Shown here: positions 17,753-26,710 of the stretch, piece after piece
How the letters are laid out: the number at the start of each line of letters is the position of its first letter
Position numbering within the stretch: the stretch's first letter is position 1
Assembly: GCA_038319115.1 (NCBI GenBank)
Contig: JBBQCV010000001.1
Span: 1-58,214 of the forward strand
Length of the DNA: 58,214 nucleotides
Reading direction: 5' to 3'
From: Burkholderiales bacterium
GTDB taxonomy: Bacteria; Pseudomonadota; Gammaproteobacteria; Burkholderiales; SG8-39
The notes under the pieces: model-generated
The model's database searches: none
What the model saw: only the letters and a program-made list of their open reading frames with translations
What the model was told of the DNA's origin: nothing
Translations under genes and position numbers: made by a program

Positions 17753-19360
17753 CTAGGCGCGCTTGGCGAACCGCTCGCGCAATTTCATCTTCCAGAATTT
17801 CCCGGTCGAGGTGCGCGGGATCGCATCGAGGAATTCGTAACGGTCCGGCAACTGCCACTTGGCGAATTTCTTCGCCAGCGCTTCGTTGAGCTCGGCAGCG
17901 CTCACCGACTGGCCAGGCTTGGCGACCACGCACGCGAGCGGCCGCTCGCCCCATTTCTCGTGCGGCACCGCGATCACGGCGGCTTCGGCGACGCCGGGAT
18001 GCGCCATGAGGGCATTCTCGAGATCGACCGAACTGATCCACTCGCCGCCCGACTTGATCAGGTCCTTGGTGCGGTCGGTGATGTGCAGGTAGCCATGCGC
18101 ATCCATCTTCGCCACGTCGCCCGTGCGCAGCCAGCCGTCGTCGGTGAACTTGCTCGCATCGTTTGCCACGTTGTAGTAGCTCCCGGTGATGAACGGACCG
18201 CGCACCTGCACTTCGCCGACGCTCTTGCCGTCGTGCGGCGCGATGCCGTCGTCGCCCACCAGCCGCAGTTCCACCAGCGGCACGGTCACCCCCGCGGTGG
18301 CCGCGAGACGGAACTGCTCATCCTCCGACGCACCGGAAAGTTCGGGCTTGATGTAACTGAGCGTTGCAAGGGGCGAAGTCTCGGTCATGCCCCAGCCTTG
18401 CGCGATGCGCACGCCATGCCGCGCGAATCCGCGGATCAGCGACTCGGGCACGGCGGCGCCGCCCACGAGGCTGCGCATGCCCTTGGGCAGGCTCCATTTT
18501 TGTGGGTTGGCCTCCAGCGCCTGGATGAGCGTGAGCCAGATGGTCGGCACGCCCAGCGCCATCGTGGGGGGCTCGGCATTGATGAGGTCGAGCAGGTCCT
18601 CCGGATGCAGGTGGGGGCCGGGGAACACGAGCCGGGTGCCGAGCATGACCGCGGCATACGGCACGCCCCAGCAATTGGCATGGAACATCGGCGTCACCGG
18701 CAGCAGAACGTCGCGCCCCTCGAGGCCCCAGTATTCGGGCAGGCACGCCACCAATGTGTGCAGCACGGTCGAGCGGTGCGAATACACCACGCCCTTGGAG
18801 CGGCCGGTGGTGCCGCTCGTGTAGCACATCGCCACGGCGTCGTTTTCGTCGTGCGGCGCGTACTCGAACTCGTCGGGCGCCGATGCGAGCAGCACCTCGT
18901 AGTCGGTGAACCCGGCCGCCACGGGCGCGCCTGAGAACGGGAACACGATGACGCGCTCGAAGGCGTGCCTGGCGGCGAACTGCTTGTAGAGCGGCAGCAG
19001 GATATCGTCGACGATGAGGAAGCGGTCGCCCGCATCGGCCGCGATCCAGCCGATCTCGTCCGGCGACAGGCGCAGGTTGAGGGTGTGCATGACCCCGCTC
19101 GCGGCCGGGATGCCGAAATAGCATTCGAGGTGCGCGTGGTGGTTCCAGCACAGCGTCGCCACGCGCTCGCCCTTCTTCAGGCCCAGGCCCTGCAGCGCCG
19201 CGGCAAGCTGGCGCGTGCGGCGGTAGTACTGCGCATAAGTGTGGCGGCGCAGCGACTTGTCTGGCAGGCGCGAAACGATCTGCGATTCGGGGAACAGCCG
19301 GCCGGCGCGCTCGAGCAGCAGGTTGAGCGACAGCGGGTCCCGCATCATCGTGCTCTGCAT
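17753..19360 (-). CDS. AMP-dependent acyl-CoA synthetase/ligase (medium/long-chain, DmdB-like)
   Basis: 535 aa. AMP-binding motif MCYTSGTTGRSKGV, GWGMTE, DRTKDLIKSGGEWIS. The N-terminus MQSTMMRDPLSLNLLLERA resembles the DmdB/FadD-like subgroup. Confidence 0.9.
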   Translation of the reverse strand: MQSTMMRDPLSLNLLLERAGRLFPESQIVSRLPDKSLRRHTYAQYYRRTRQLAAALQGLGLKKGERVATLCWNHHAHLECYFGIPAASGVMHTLNLRLSPDEIGWIAADAGDRFLIVDDILLPLYKQFAARHAFERVIVFPFSGAPVAAGFTDYEVLLASAPDEFEYAPHDENDAVAMCYTSGTTGRSKGVVYSHRSTVLHTLVACLPEYWGLEGRDVLLPVTPMFHANCWGVPYAAVMLGTRLVFPGPHLHPEDLLDLINAEPPTMALGVPTIWLTLIQALEANPQKWSLPKGMRSLVGGAAVPESLIRGFARHGVRIAQGWGMTETSPLATLSYIKPELSGASEDEQFRLAATAGVTVPLVELRLVGDDGIAPHDGKSVGEVQVRGPFITGSYYNVANDASKFTDDGWLRTGDVAKMDAHGYLHITDRTKDLIKSGGEWISSVDLENALMAHPGVAEAAVIAVPHEKWGERPLACVVAKPGQSVSAAELNEALAKKFAKWQLPDRYEFLDAIPRTSTGKFWKMKLRERFAKRA

Positions 19361-19398
19361 GACGGCCTCCTTGGGCGAAGAAACCTATGCCGCGCCGC

Positions 19399-20385
19399 TC
19401 ACTCGGCTATCTTGATCCCGCTCGACACGATGACCGGCTTCCAGCGCGCCTGCTCGGCGCGGATGTAGGCGGCCGCCGCCACCGGATTGGAACCCGTGGT
19501 CGGTTCGATGCCCAGGCCGATGAGCTGCTCCTGCATCGCGCGGTCGCCCATTACCTTGGCGGTCGCCTGCGAAAGCGCCTCGACGATCGCCGGCGGCGTG
19601 CCGGCGGGCACCACGATCACGTTCCACAGCAGCGCCTCGAAGCCCTTGGTGCCGATCGCCTCGTCCACCGTGGGGACGTCGGGCAGCAGCGCCGAACGCC
19701 GCGAGCTCGCCAGGGCCAGCACGCGGATGCGACCCGCCTTGTGGTTCTGCAGCGCCGAGCCGATGGTATCCACCGAGAACGCGATCTGCCCGCCGAGCAG
19801 CGCCTGCATCGAGGGCGCGCTGCCGCGGAACGGGATGTGCTGCAGGTCGGCGCCGGTCTCGTGCTTGAGGCGCTCGACGCTGATCTGCATGAGCGTGCCG
19901 GTGCCGGGCGAGCCGTACTGGAGCTTGCCCGGCTGCGCGCGCGCCGCGTCCATGACGCCCTTGAGCGTCGGTGGCAACGACGGGTTGGCGGTGAACACGA
20001 TGGTCGCGCCGCCGACCACGGCCACCGGGACGAAGTCGGTGAGCACGTCGTACAGCGGCTTGTCGGTGAGCAGCGGGTACATGCAGTTGGTGGACGCGGT
20101 GCCAAACCCCAGCGTATAGCCGTCCGGGGCACTGCGCTTCACGTCGAGGATGCCGACGATGCCGCTCGCGCCCGACTTGTTGTCGACCACCACCGGCTGG
20201 CCCAGCACGGCCGAGAGGCGCGCTGCATACGAGCGCCCGAAAACGTCGGTCGGCCCGCCCGGCGGGAACGGCACCACCAGGCGCAACGGCTTGGTCGGGT
20301 ACGCGGTCTGGGCCGATGCCCCATGCACCGCGCACAGTGCGGCGAGGGCGACCGCCGCAATCTTCAATAGTGCAAACCGTTTCAT
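19399..20385 (-). CDS. Bug-family (TctC-like) substrate-binding protein
   Basis: Trimmed to MKRFALLKIA (CAT at 20383..20385) with aggagg upstream. YPTKPLRLVVPFPPGGPTD, DNKSGASG, PFRGSAPSMQALLGG. Confidence 0.9.
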   Translation of the reverse strand: MKRFALLKIAAVALAALCAVHGASAQTAYPTKPLRLVVPFPPGGPTDVFGRSYAARLSAVLGQPVVVDNKSGASGIVGILDVKRSAPDGYTLGFGTASTNCMYPLLTDKPLYDVLTDFVPVAVVGGATIVFTANPSLPPTLKGVMDAARAQPGKLQYGSPGTGTLMQISVERLKHETGADLQHIPFRGSAPSMQALLGGQIAFSVDTIGSALQNHKAGRIRVLALASSRRSALLPDVPTVDEAIGTKGFEALLWNVIVVPAGTPPAIVEALSQATAKVMGDRAMQEQLIGLGIEPTTGSNPVAAAAYIRAEQARWKPVIVSSGIKIAE

Positions 20386-20413
20386 CGTGAATCCTCCTGG
20401 GACGAAAATGGGA

Positions 20414-20902
20414 TCAAAGGCCGGCCGCGCGCCATTCCGGGTTCGGCGCGGCCGGTTCGCTCGCGAGCCCGACCGAGCGAATGGCCTCGATCGCGCAGTA
20501 CTCATCCTTGTCGGACGCATCGCCGCTGATACCGACCGCGCCGATGGCAGTGCCGCCGGCATCGAGCACCAGCACGCCACCGGGCACGGGGATGAAACGC
20601 CCGTCTGACACCGAGGCGAGTGCGCCTTGGAACGCGGGGCGCTGGCCGAGGCGGTCGCGAATCAACCGCGTCGACATTCCCATGCCAAGACTTGCCCAGG
20701 CCTTGCCAAACGCGATGTCGAAGCGCATCAGGCCCGAACCGTCTTCGCGCTTATAAGCCACCAGCCCGCCACCCGCGTCGAGCACCGCCACCGCAAGGGG
20801 CATGAGGCCCTCCTTGCGTCGGGCCGCGAGGGCAGCGTCGACGATGCGTTCGGCGATTTCCAGTGCCAGGCTCGAGTGGATCGGGTGCAGGGTGTGGGCC
20901 AT
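20414..20902 (-). CDS. GlcG/HbpS-family (DUF336) heme-binding-like protein
   Basis: 162 aa. LAVAVLDAGGGLVAY, AFGKAWAS, GAVGISGDASDKDEYCA typical of the family. Confidence 0.8.
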   Translation of the reverse strand: MAHTLHPIHSSLALEIAERIVDAALAARRKEGLMPLAVAVLDAGGGLVAYKREDGSGLMRFDIAFGKAWASLGMGMSTRLIRDRLGQRPAFQGALASVSDGRFIPVPGGVLVLDAGGTAIGAVGISGDASDKDEYCAIEAIRSVGLASEPAAPNPEWRAAGL

Positions 20903-20910
20903 GGGTTTTC

Positions 20911-22575
20911 CTAACTTTTGCGTCCATACAAGTCACGCGCAGCTTGCGCACTCACGAACCCGGCGCGCAAGTCCGATTCCACCGCCGCGGGGTCACGCTC
21001 CGAGGGCGCACCATAGCCGCCCCCGCCGGGCATTTCGAGCACCAGCACCTCACCGGCCGGAATCGTCTGCCGCCCTTTGGAACGCAGTTTAGCGCCCGAC
21101 TTGAGCGCGATGCCGCCCAGCGCGCCATCGCCGCCGCCTTCGCAACCGCGCGGCGCAAACTGGGTGCGGTCGAAGGTGGCGAAGATCGCGAACGGCTCGG
21201 CTTCGCGGCTGCCGATCTCCATGACCTGCCCCAGGCCGCCACGGAACCGGCCCGCGCCGCCGGAGTCCTGCCGGTATTCCTTGCGCCACACCACCAGCGG
21301 CGAAATTGCCTCGGTGATCTCGATCGGGACCATGCGCACGCCGCTGGGGAATGGCGTCGCCGACAGGCCATCCAGGCTGGGGCGCGCACCCACCCCGCCG
21401 CTGTGGAAACTGGTGACGTTGAATGTGCTGGCACCGGTGCCGCGCGAAGCCCCGGCTGCGATGCCCGGCCCTGCCCCGAGCTTGACCGACCACAGCGAGG
21501 CCGCACCTTCGGCCGGCACTTTCCCCGGCACGAGCTGGTGCAGGCAGCCGAACACTACGTCGGGCAGCATGTGGCCGATGATCGCGCGCGCCATCACCGG
21601 GCTGGGCGGCTTCGCATTGACGATGCATCCCTCGGGCGCCTCGATGCGGATCGTCGCGAGCGACCCGGCATTGTTCGGGATCGACGGGCCCACGATGCAC
21701 TTCACCCCGAACGCGGTATAGGCGTCGGTGTAGTTCTTGGGGCAATTGATGCCGTATTCGGAAATCCCCGAGGTACCGGCGAAGTCGACCACGACTCCGG
21801 CGGCCGAAAGGTCCAGCCGCGCGCGCAGCGTGATCGGCTCGTCGTACCCGTCCATCGTCATTGCGTACGAGGCCGACCCCTTCGGCAGGGCGGCGAGCGA
21901 AGCGAGCATCGCGTCGCGGCTGCGGGTCACGATGTAGTCGGCCAGCCCCGTGAGGTCGTCCATGGCGTGCTCGTCCATCATTTCGAGCAGCCGCTTGGCG
22001 CCGATTCCGTTGCATGCGGCCAGCGCGTACATGTCACCCTCGACCTGCACCGGCTCGCGCACGTTCTGGCGCAGGATGGCGAAAAAAGTATCGTTCGCCT
22101 CGCCGCGCGAGAACATCCTGCAGATCGGGACCCACAGGCCTTCGTGGTACACCTGCCGGCCGTCGGGTGACTGGCCCAGGCCGCCGATGTCGACCACGTG
22201 GGTGGTGCACGCGAAGATCGCCACCGCGTGCCCATTGCGGAATGCCGGCGTCACGACGGTGAAATCCGACAGGTGGCCGGTGCCCTTCCACGGGTCGTTG
22301 GTCACGAACACGTCGCCCTCGCGCATCGTGTCGAGGGGGAACGCGGCGAGGAAGTGCGGCACCGCCGCCGCCATGGTGTTGACGTGCCCGGGCGTGCCGG
22401 TGACCGCCTGCGCGATCATGCGACCCTGCACGTCGAACACGCCGGCCGAAATGTCGCCGGCCTCGCGCGCAGGCGTGCTGAACGCGGTGCGAACCAGCGT
22501 CTGCGCCTGCTCCTCGACCACCGCGAGGAGCCGGTTCCACATCACCTGCAGCCTGATTTCGGATGGGTTATTCAT
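20911..22575 (-). CDS. Hydantoinase B/oxoprolinase family protein (HyuB-like)
   Basis: 554 aa. MWNRLLAVVEEQAQTLVRTAFS, REAGDISAGVFD, NDPWKGTGHLSD, GGGYG near the C-terminus. Confidence 0.9.
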   Translation of the reverse strand: MNNPSEIRLQVMWNRLLAVVEEQAQTLVRTAFSTPAREAGDISAGVFDVQGRMIAQAVTGTPGHVNTMAAAVPHFLAAFPLDTMREGDVFVTNDPWKGTGHLSDFTVVTPAFRNGHAVAIFACTTHVVDIGGLGQSPDGRQVYHEGLWVPICRMFSRGEANDTFFAILRQNVREPVQVEGDMYALAACNGIGAKRLLEMMDEHAMDDLTGLADYIVTRSRDAMLASLAALPKGSASYAMTMDGYDEPITLRARLDLSAAGVVVDFAGTSGISEYGINCPKNYTDAYTAFGVKCIVGPSIPNNAGSLATIRIEAPEGCIVNAKPPSPVMARAIIGHMLPDVVFGCLHQLVPGKVPAEGAASLWSVKLGAGPGIAAGASRGTGASTFNVTSFHSGGVGARPSLDGLSATPFPSGVRMVPIEITEAISPLVVWRKEYRQDSGGAGRFRGGLGQVMEIGSREAEPFAIFATFDRTQFAPRGCEGGGDGALGGIALKSGAKLRSKGRQTIPAGEVLVLEMPGGGGYGAPSERDPAAVESDLRAGFVSAQAARDLYGRKS

Positions 22576-22578
22576 GGC

Positions 22579-24657
22579 TCAGTGCCTCCTTGCCATGCGG
22601 ATGAACCCGTTGGCGTCGATGCGCGCGTCGAACGCGGCCGGCACGACCGTGGTGGTCTCATCCTCACAGATCACCGCCGGGCCGCTCAACGCCATTCCCG
22701 GCGCAAGCGCCGCGCGCTCGAACACGGCGTAGTCGGAAAACGCCCCGGCGCGCGAGTCGTACACGCTCCGCTTCCCGGAGGGGGCCGCGCAGGGGACGGC
22801 GGGCGCCCCCGGCACGGCTGCGGGCAGCTCGGTCGGCGTGCCGAGCGACAGGCTCCACGAGATCACCTCCTGCGTGAGGTTCGGGATGGTGCGCCCGAAG
22901 AGCTCTGCGTACTTCTGTTGGAAAAGCGCCGCCATGTGCGCTTCGTCGCCCGTCTCGAATTGCTTCACCGGCAGCGCCACGGCGATCTCGTGGCCCTGCC
23001 CGCGGTAGCGCATGAAAGCGGTGCGCCGCTCGACCAGGGCGGCACTGGGCTCGGCGAGGCGCACGATGGCTTCGGCGTATTCGCGCATCTGGCCGAACAT
23101 CGCATTGATCGGTCCGGGCTCGTAGCGCCGCAGGTCGAGGTAGCGTGTCTGCACCAGCTCGTAGGCGATGCCGGCGCGCAGGAAGCCGATGGCCGACCCG
23201 ACCCCGGCGCCGCTGGGAATGATGACCTCGTCGATCCCGAGCTTCTCGGCCAGCCGCGCCGCGTGCAGGGGCGCCGCGCCGCCGAAAGCGATCATCGTGC
23301 GCGCCGCGACATCCTTGCCGCTCTCGGCGCCATGAATGCGCGTGGCATTGGCCATGTTTTCGTCCACGATCTCGCCGATCGCAGCAGCGGACTCGACCGC
23401 ATCGAGTTTCAGCTGCTCACCTATGCCCTGCAGCAGCGCGCGCTCGGCGGCGGCGCGGTCCAGCGTGATGCGGCCGCCTGCGAACGCATCGGCGTCGATG
23501 CGTCCCATGACGAGATCGGCGTCGGTCACTGCAGGGGCGCGCCCACCACGGCCGTAGCACGCCGGGCCAGGCTCGGAGCCGGCGCTTTCGGGTCCCACGG
23601 CCACCACGCCCAGCGCATTCAGGTGACCGATCGAGCCGCCGCCGGCGCCGATTTCCACCATTTCGATCACCGGGATCTTGACCGGGATGCCGCTCCCCTT
23701 GGAAAAACGGTATTCGCGCGCCACCTCGAAGGAGCGCGAGATCTGCGGCGTGTAGGCATCGATGAAGCACAGCTTGGCGGTGGTGCCGCCCATGTCGAAG
23801 GAGAGCACTTGTGGCCGGCCGCACAGCGCGGCCACCTGCGCCGCGAGCACCGCGCCGCCGGCGGGTCCTGACTCGACCATGCGGATCGGGAAGCGCCGTG
23901 CTATTTCCACCGTAGTCACGGTGCCGCTCGACATCATCATGAGCAGCGGGCAGGCGAACCCGCCCGCCTCAAGCCGCTCTTCGACCCGCTCGAGGTAACC
24001 GCGCATGAGCGGGCGCACATAGGCATTGGCAACGGTCGTGGAGATGCGGTCGTACTCGCGAATCTCGGGGCAGACTTCGCTCGAGAGCGACACCGGCACG
24101 CCCGGCATGAGGTCGCGCAGCAACGCCTGGATGCGGCGCTCGTGCGCCGGGTTGGCGTAGCTGTGCATGAGCCCGACCGCCACCGCCCCGACCCCTTCGC
24201 GCCGGAACGCTTCTGCGGCCACGCGCACGTCGTCGTCGAGCATCGCGATCAGCACGCTGCCGTCGGCGGCAAGGCGCTCGGTCACTTCGAGGCGCAGCCA
24301 GCGCGGCACCAGCGGCGTGGGGCGGCGCATGAAAACGTCGGACTGCTCGAAGCGGTGCTCGTAGGCCATTTCGAGCGTATCGCGAAAGCCCCTGGTGCAT
24401 AGCAGCCCGACCTTCGCTCCCTTCCTCTCGATGAGGGCGTTGGTCGCGAGGGTGGTGCCGTGCACGATGAGGCCCACCTGCGCGGGCCGCACGTGAGCCT
24501 TCTCCATCGCCATGCGCACGCCCTCGATGAAGCCGGCTTCGGGCTCCGAGGCGGTGGTCAGCACCTTGCTGATGGTGCGCACGCCACCGGCTTCGAGCAC
24601 AACGTCGGTAAACGTGCCGCCGATGTCGACGGCCAGGCGCACCTTGCCCTCGCCCAT
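22579..24657 (-). CDS. Hydantoinase/oxoprolinase family protein (HyuA-like, ATP-dependent)
   Basis: Trimmed from ORF 22579..24789 to MGEGKVRLAVDIGGTFTDVV (CAT at 24655..24657), 692 aa. Start overlaps the Qor stop (TGATG). Confidence 0.9.
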   Translation of the reverse strand: MGEGKVRLAVDIGGTFTDVVLEAGGVRTISKVLTTASEPEAGFIEGVRMAMEKAHVRPAQVGLIVHGTTLATNALIERKGAKVGLLCTRGFRDTLEMAYEHRFEQSDVFMRRPTPLVPRWLRLEVTERLAADGSVLIAMLDDDVRVAAEAFRREGVGAVAVGLMHSYANPAHERRIQALLRDLMPGVPVSLSSEVCPEIREYDRISTTVANAYVRPLMRGYLERVEERLEAGGFACPLLMMMSSGTVTTVEIARRFPIRMVESGPAGGAVLAAQVAALCGRPQVLSFDMGGTTAKLCFIDAYTPQISRSFEVAREYRFSKGSGIPVKIPVIEMVEIGAGGGSIGHLNALGVVAVGPESAGSEPGPACYGRGGRAPAVTDADLVMGRIDADAFAGGRITLDRAAAERALLQGIGEQLKLDAVESAAAIGEIVDENMANATRIHGAESGKDVAARTMIAFGGAAPLHAARLAEKLGIDEVIIPSGAGVGSAIGFLRAGIAYELVQTRYLDLRRYEPGPINAMFGQMREYAEAIVRLAEPSAALVERRTAFMRYRGQGHEIAVALPVKQFETGDEAHMAALFQQKYAELFGRTIPNLTQEVISWSLSLGTPTELPAAVPGAPAVPCAAPSGKRSVYDSRAGAFSDYAVFERAALAPGMALSGPAVICEDETTTVVPAAFDARIDANGFIRMARRH

Positions 24658-25658
24658 CAGCCCACCTTCAGCAGGATCTTGCCCGCGGCCCCGCCCGCTT
24701 CCATGTGCGCGTGCGCGTCGCCCGCGCGCTCCAGGGCGAACACCTTGTCGATGATGGGGCGGATTCGGCCGCTTTCGAGCAGCGGCCACACCACGCGGCG
24801 CAGGATGGCGGCGATGCGGGTCTTGTCCTCGACGCTGCGGTGGCGCAGGGTCGAGCCGGTTACGACGAGGCGCTTGAGCATGATCTCGCGGATGTTGAAC
24901 GTGGCCTCTGCCCCGGCGTCGCCCGCGATGTAGGCAAGGCGCCCGAAAGGCGCCATGGCCCTGGCATTGCGCCCGGCATACGGGCCGCCCACCATGTCGA
25001 GCACCGCGTCCACGCCGCGGCCTTGCGTGTGACGCAGTATCGCGTCGACGAAATCATCTTCGCGGTAGTTGATCGCGAGTTCGGCGCCCAGCGTCCTGCA
25101 CAGTTCGCAACGCGCCTCGCTACCTGCGGTGACAATTGCACGCGAGCCCAGCGCGACCGCCATCTGGATCGCCATCGTGCCGATCCCGCTGGCCCCGCCA
25201 TGGATGAGTGCGATGTCGCCCGCGCGCAAGGCGCCATGCTCGAACAGGGCGGTCCAGACCGTGAACGCCGCCTCGGGAAGGCCCGCGGCGTCAACGAGGT
25301 CGATGCCGGCGGGCACCGGCAGGCACTGGCCTGCGGGCGCAATACAGTATTCGGCGTACCCGCCGCCGGCCACGAGGGCGCAGACGCGATCGCCCACCGC
25401 CCATTGCGTCGTTCCTTGCCCGATGGCCTCGATCACCCCGGAGATTTCGAGGCCTAGTGTCGCCGGTGCGCCGGGCGGCATCGGGTAGTCGCCCGCGCGC
25501 TGCTTGCAGTCGGCGCGGTTGATTCCCGCGGCATGGACCCGGATGCGCACCTCCCCATGACCGGGAAACGGCACCGGAACGCGCACGACCTCGAGCGCCT
25601 CCGGCCCGCCGGGCGAAGGCACCTGCACCGATGCGGCGATGACAGGCGCGCCCGCCAC
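24657..25658 (-). CDS. NAD(P)H:quinone oxidoreductase (zinc-type ADH superfamily, PIG3/Qor-like)
   Basis: GPEALEVV, GLEISGVIEAIG, ALIHGGASGIGTMAIQMA. Start uncertain: no plausible ATG, GTG candidates at 25658 or 25628. The upstream ORF extension would collide with the divergent Bug gene. Confidence 0.8.
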   Translation of the reverse strand: MAGAPVIAASVQVPSPGGPEALEVVRVPVPFPGHGEVRIRVHAAGINRADCKQRAGDYPMPPGAPATLGLEISGVIEAIGQGTTQWAVGDRVCALVAGGGYAEYCIAPAGQCLPVPAGIDLVDAAGLPEAAFTVWTALFEHGALRAGDIALIHGGASGIGTMAIQMAVALGSRAIVTAGSEARCELCRTLGAELAINYREDDFVDAILRHTQGRGVDAVLDMVGGPYAGRNARAMAPFGRLAYIAGDAGAEATFNIREIMLKRLVVTGSTLRHRSVEDKTRIAAILRRVVWPLLESGRIRPIIDKVFALERAGDAHAHMEAGGAAGKILLKVG

Positions 25659-25725
25659 AACGATCGCGTCGTTGCCCGCGCCGGGGTCGTGGGTTAGATT
25701 CGGATACTCTTTTTGGGGAAACACC

Positions 25726-26691
25726 ATGAACCGTCGGATTGCTCTTGCTGCACTCTTTGCGGGCCTGATCGCGCCCGCCATGGCCCCGGCGCAAGACTAT
25801 CCGGCGCGCACGCTGCATCTGGTCGTCCCTTTCCCACCGGGTGGGGGCGTAGATACTCTAGCACGCATCGTCGCGCCGAAAATCCAGGGTTCGCTCGGCC
25901 AGGCGGTGATCGTCGAGAACAAATCCGGCGCTGCCGGCACGATCGGCGTGGACTACGTTGCGAAGTCCGCGCCCGATGGCTACACCATCATCGTCGGCTC
26001 GCCGGGCAACATGTCGGTCGCCCCCAGCATCAACTCGAAACTGCCCTACAAACCCCTGACCGACCTCGCACCCGTGGCGATGGGCGTGCGCATCCCCACC
26101 CTGCTGGTGGTGCACCCGTCTTTCGCGGCCAACACCGTGCAGGAACTCATCGCGCTCGCGAAGGCCAGCCCCGGCAAGTACAACTTCTCCTCCGGCGGGC
26201 AGGGCACCGCGCTGCACCTCGCGGGGGAACTGTTCAAGCTGCAGGCCGGCGTCGACATCCGCCATATCCCGTACAAGGGCACGAGCCCCGCGATCACCGA
26301 CCTCCTCGCGGGCCAGGTCAACATGATGTTCTCCGACCCCTCCGTGCTGCAGCACGTGAAGGCCGGCAAGCTGCGCCTGCTCGCGCAGACCACCGCCGCA
26401 CGCGCACCTTCGCTGCCCGACGTGCCCACCATCGCCGAGAGCGGCTTGCCCGGCTACTCGGCCGCCAACTGGTACGGGTTCTTCGTGCCCGCCGGGACGC
26501 CGCCGGCCATCGTGCAGAAACTCAACGGCGCGTTCGTCTCCGCCCTCCAGCAACCCGACGTGATCGGGCTGCTGCGCAATGGCGGCATGGATGGCGCGCC
26601 CTCCACATCCGCCGAGCTCGGCGCCTTCCTCAGGGAAGACATCGAGCGCTGGGCGCGCGTCATCCGGGAAGCGCGGCTGGAAACCAACTAG
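25726..26691 (+). CDS. Bug-family (TctC-like) substrate-binding protein
   Basis: Trimmed from ORF 25639..26691 to MNRRIALAALFAG. YPARTLHLVVPFPPGGGVD, ENKSGAAGTIG, PYKGTSPAITDLLAG. Confidence 0.9.
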   Translation: MNRRIALAALFAGLIAPAMAPAQDYPARTLHLVVPFPPGGGVDTLARIVAPKIQGSLGQAVIVENKSGAAGTIGVDYVAKSAPDGYTIIVGSPGNMSVAPSINSKLPYKPLTDLAPVAMGVRIPTLLVVHPSFAANTVQELIALAKASPGKYNFSSGGQGTALHLAGELFKLQAGVDIRHIPYKGTSPAITDLLAGQVNMMFSDPSVLQHVKAGKLRLLAQTTAARAPSLPDVPTIAESGLPGYSAANWYGFFVPAGTPPAIVQKLNGAFVSALQQPDVIGLLRNGGMDGAPSTSAELGAFLREDIERWARVIREARLETN

Positions 26692-26710
26692 CCGCGATGC
26701 CGAGCGGCGC

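Noticed and set aside
11366-23871. Long antisense ORFs at 11366..12499, 13034..14179, 17741..18934, 20863..22170 and 22198..23871, plus their mirrors
   Set aside because: Each lies opposite a CDS with strong family motifs (Rieske, methyltransferase, acyl-CoA ligase, HyuB, HyuA). Their translations are Arg/Gly/Ala/His-rich with no recognisable domains.
9388-24789. N-terminal extensions of ORF-track entries 9388..11130, 11153..12496, 15182..17377, 15248..17716, 19399..20580 and 22579..24789
   Set aside because: The extensions run through neighbouring genes in other frames and are compositionally spurious. Internal ATGs give family-typical N-termini (signal peptides for the Bug proteins, DIGGTFTD for HyuA, LITSDQHR for the sulfatase), so I trimmed the CDSs.
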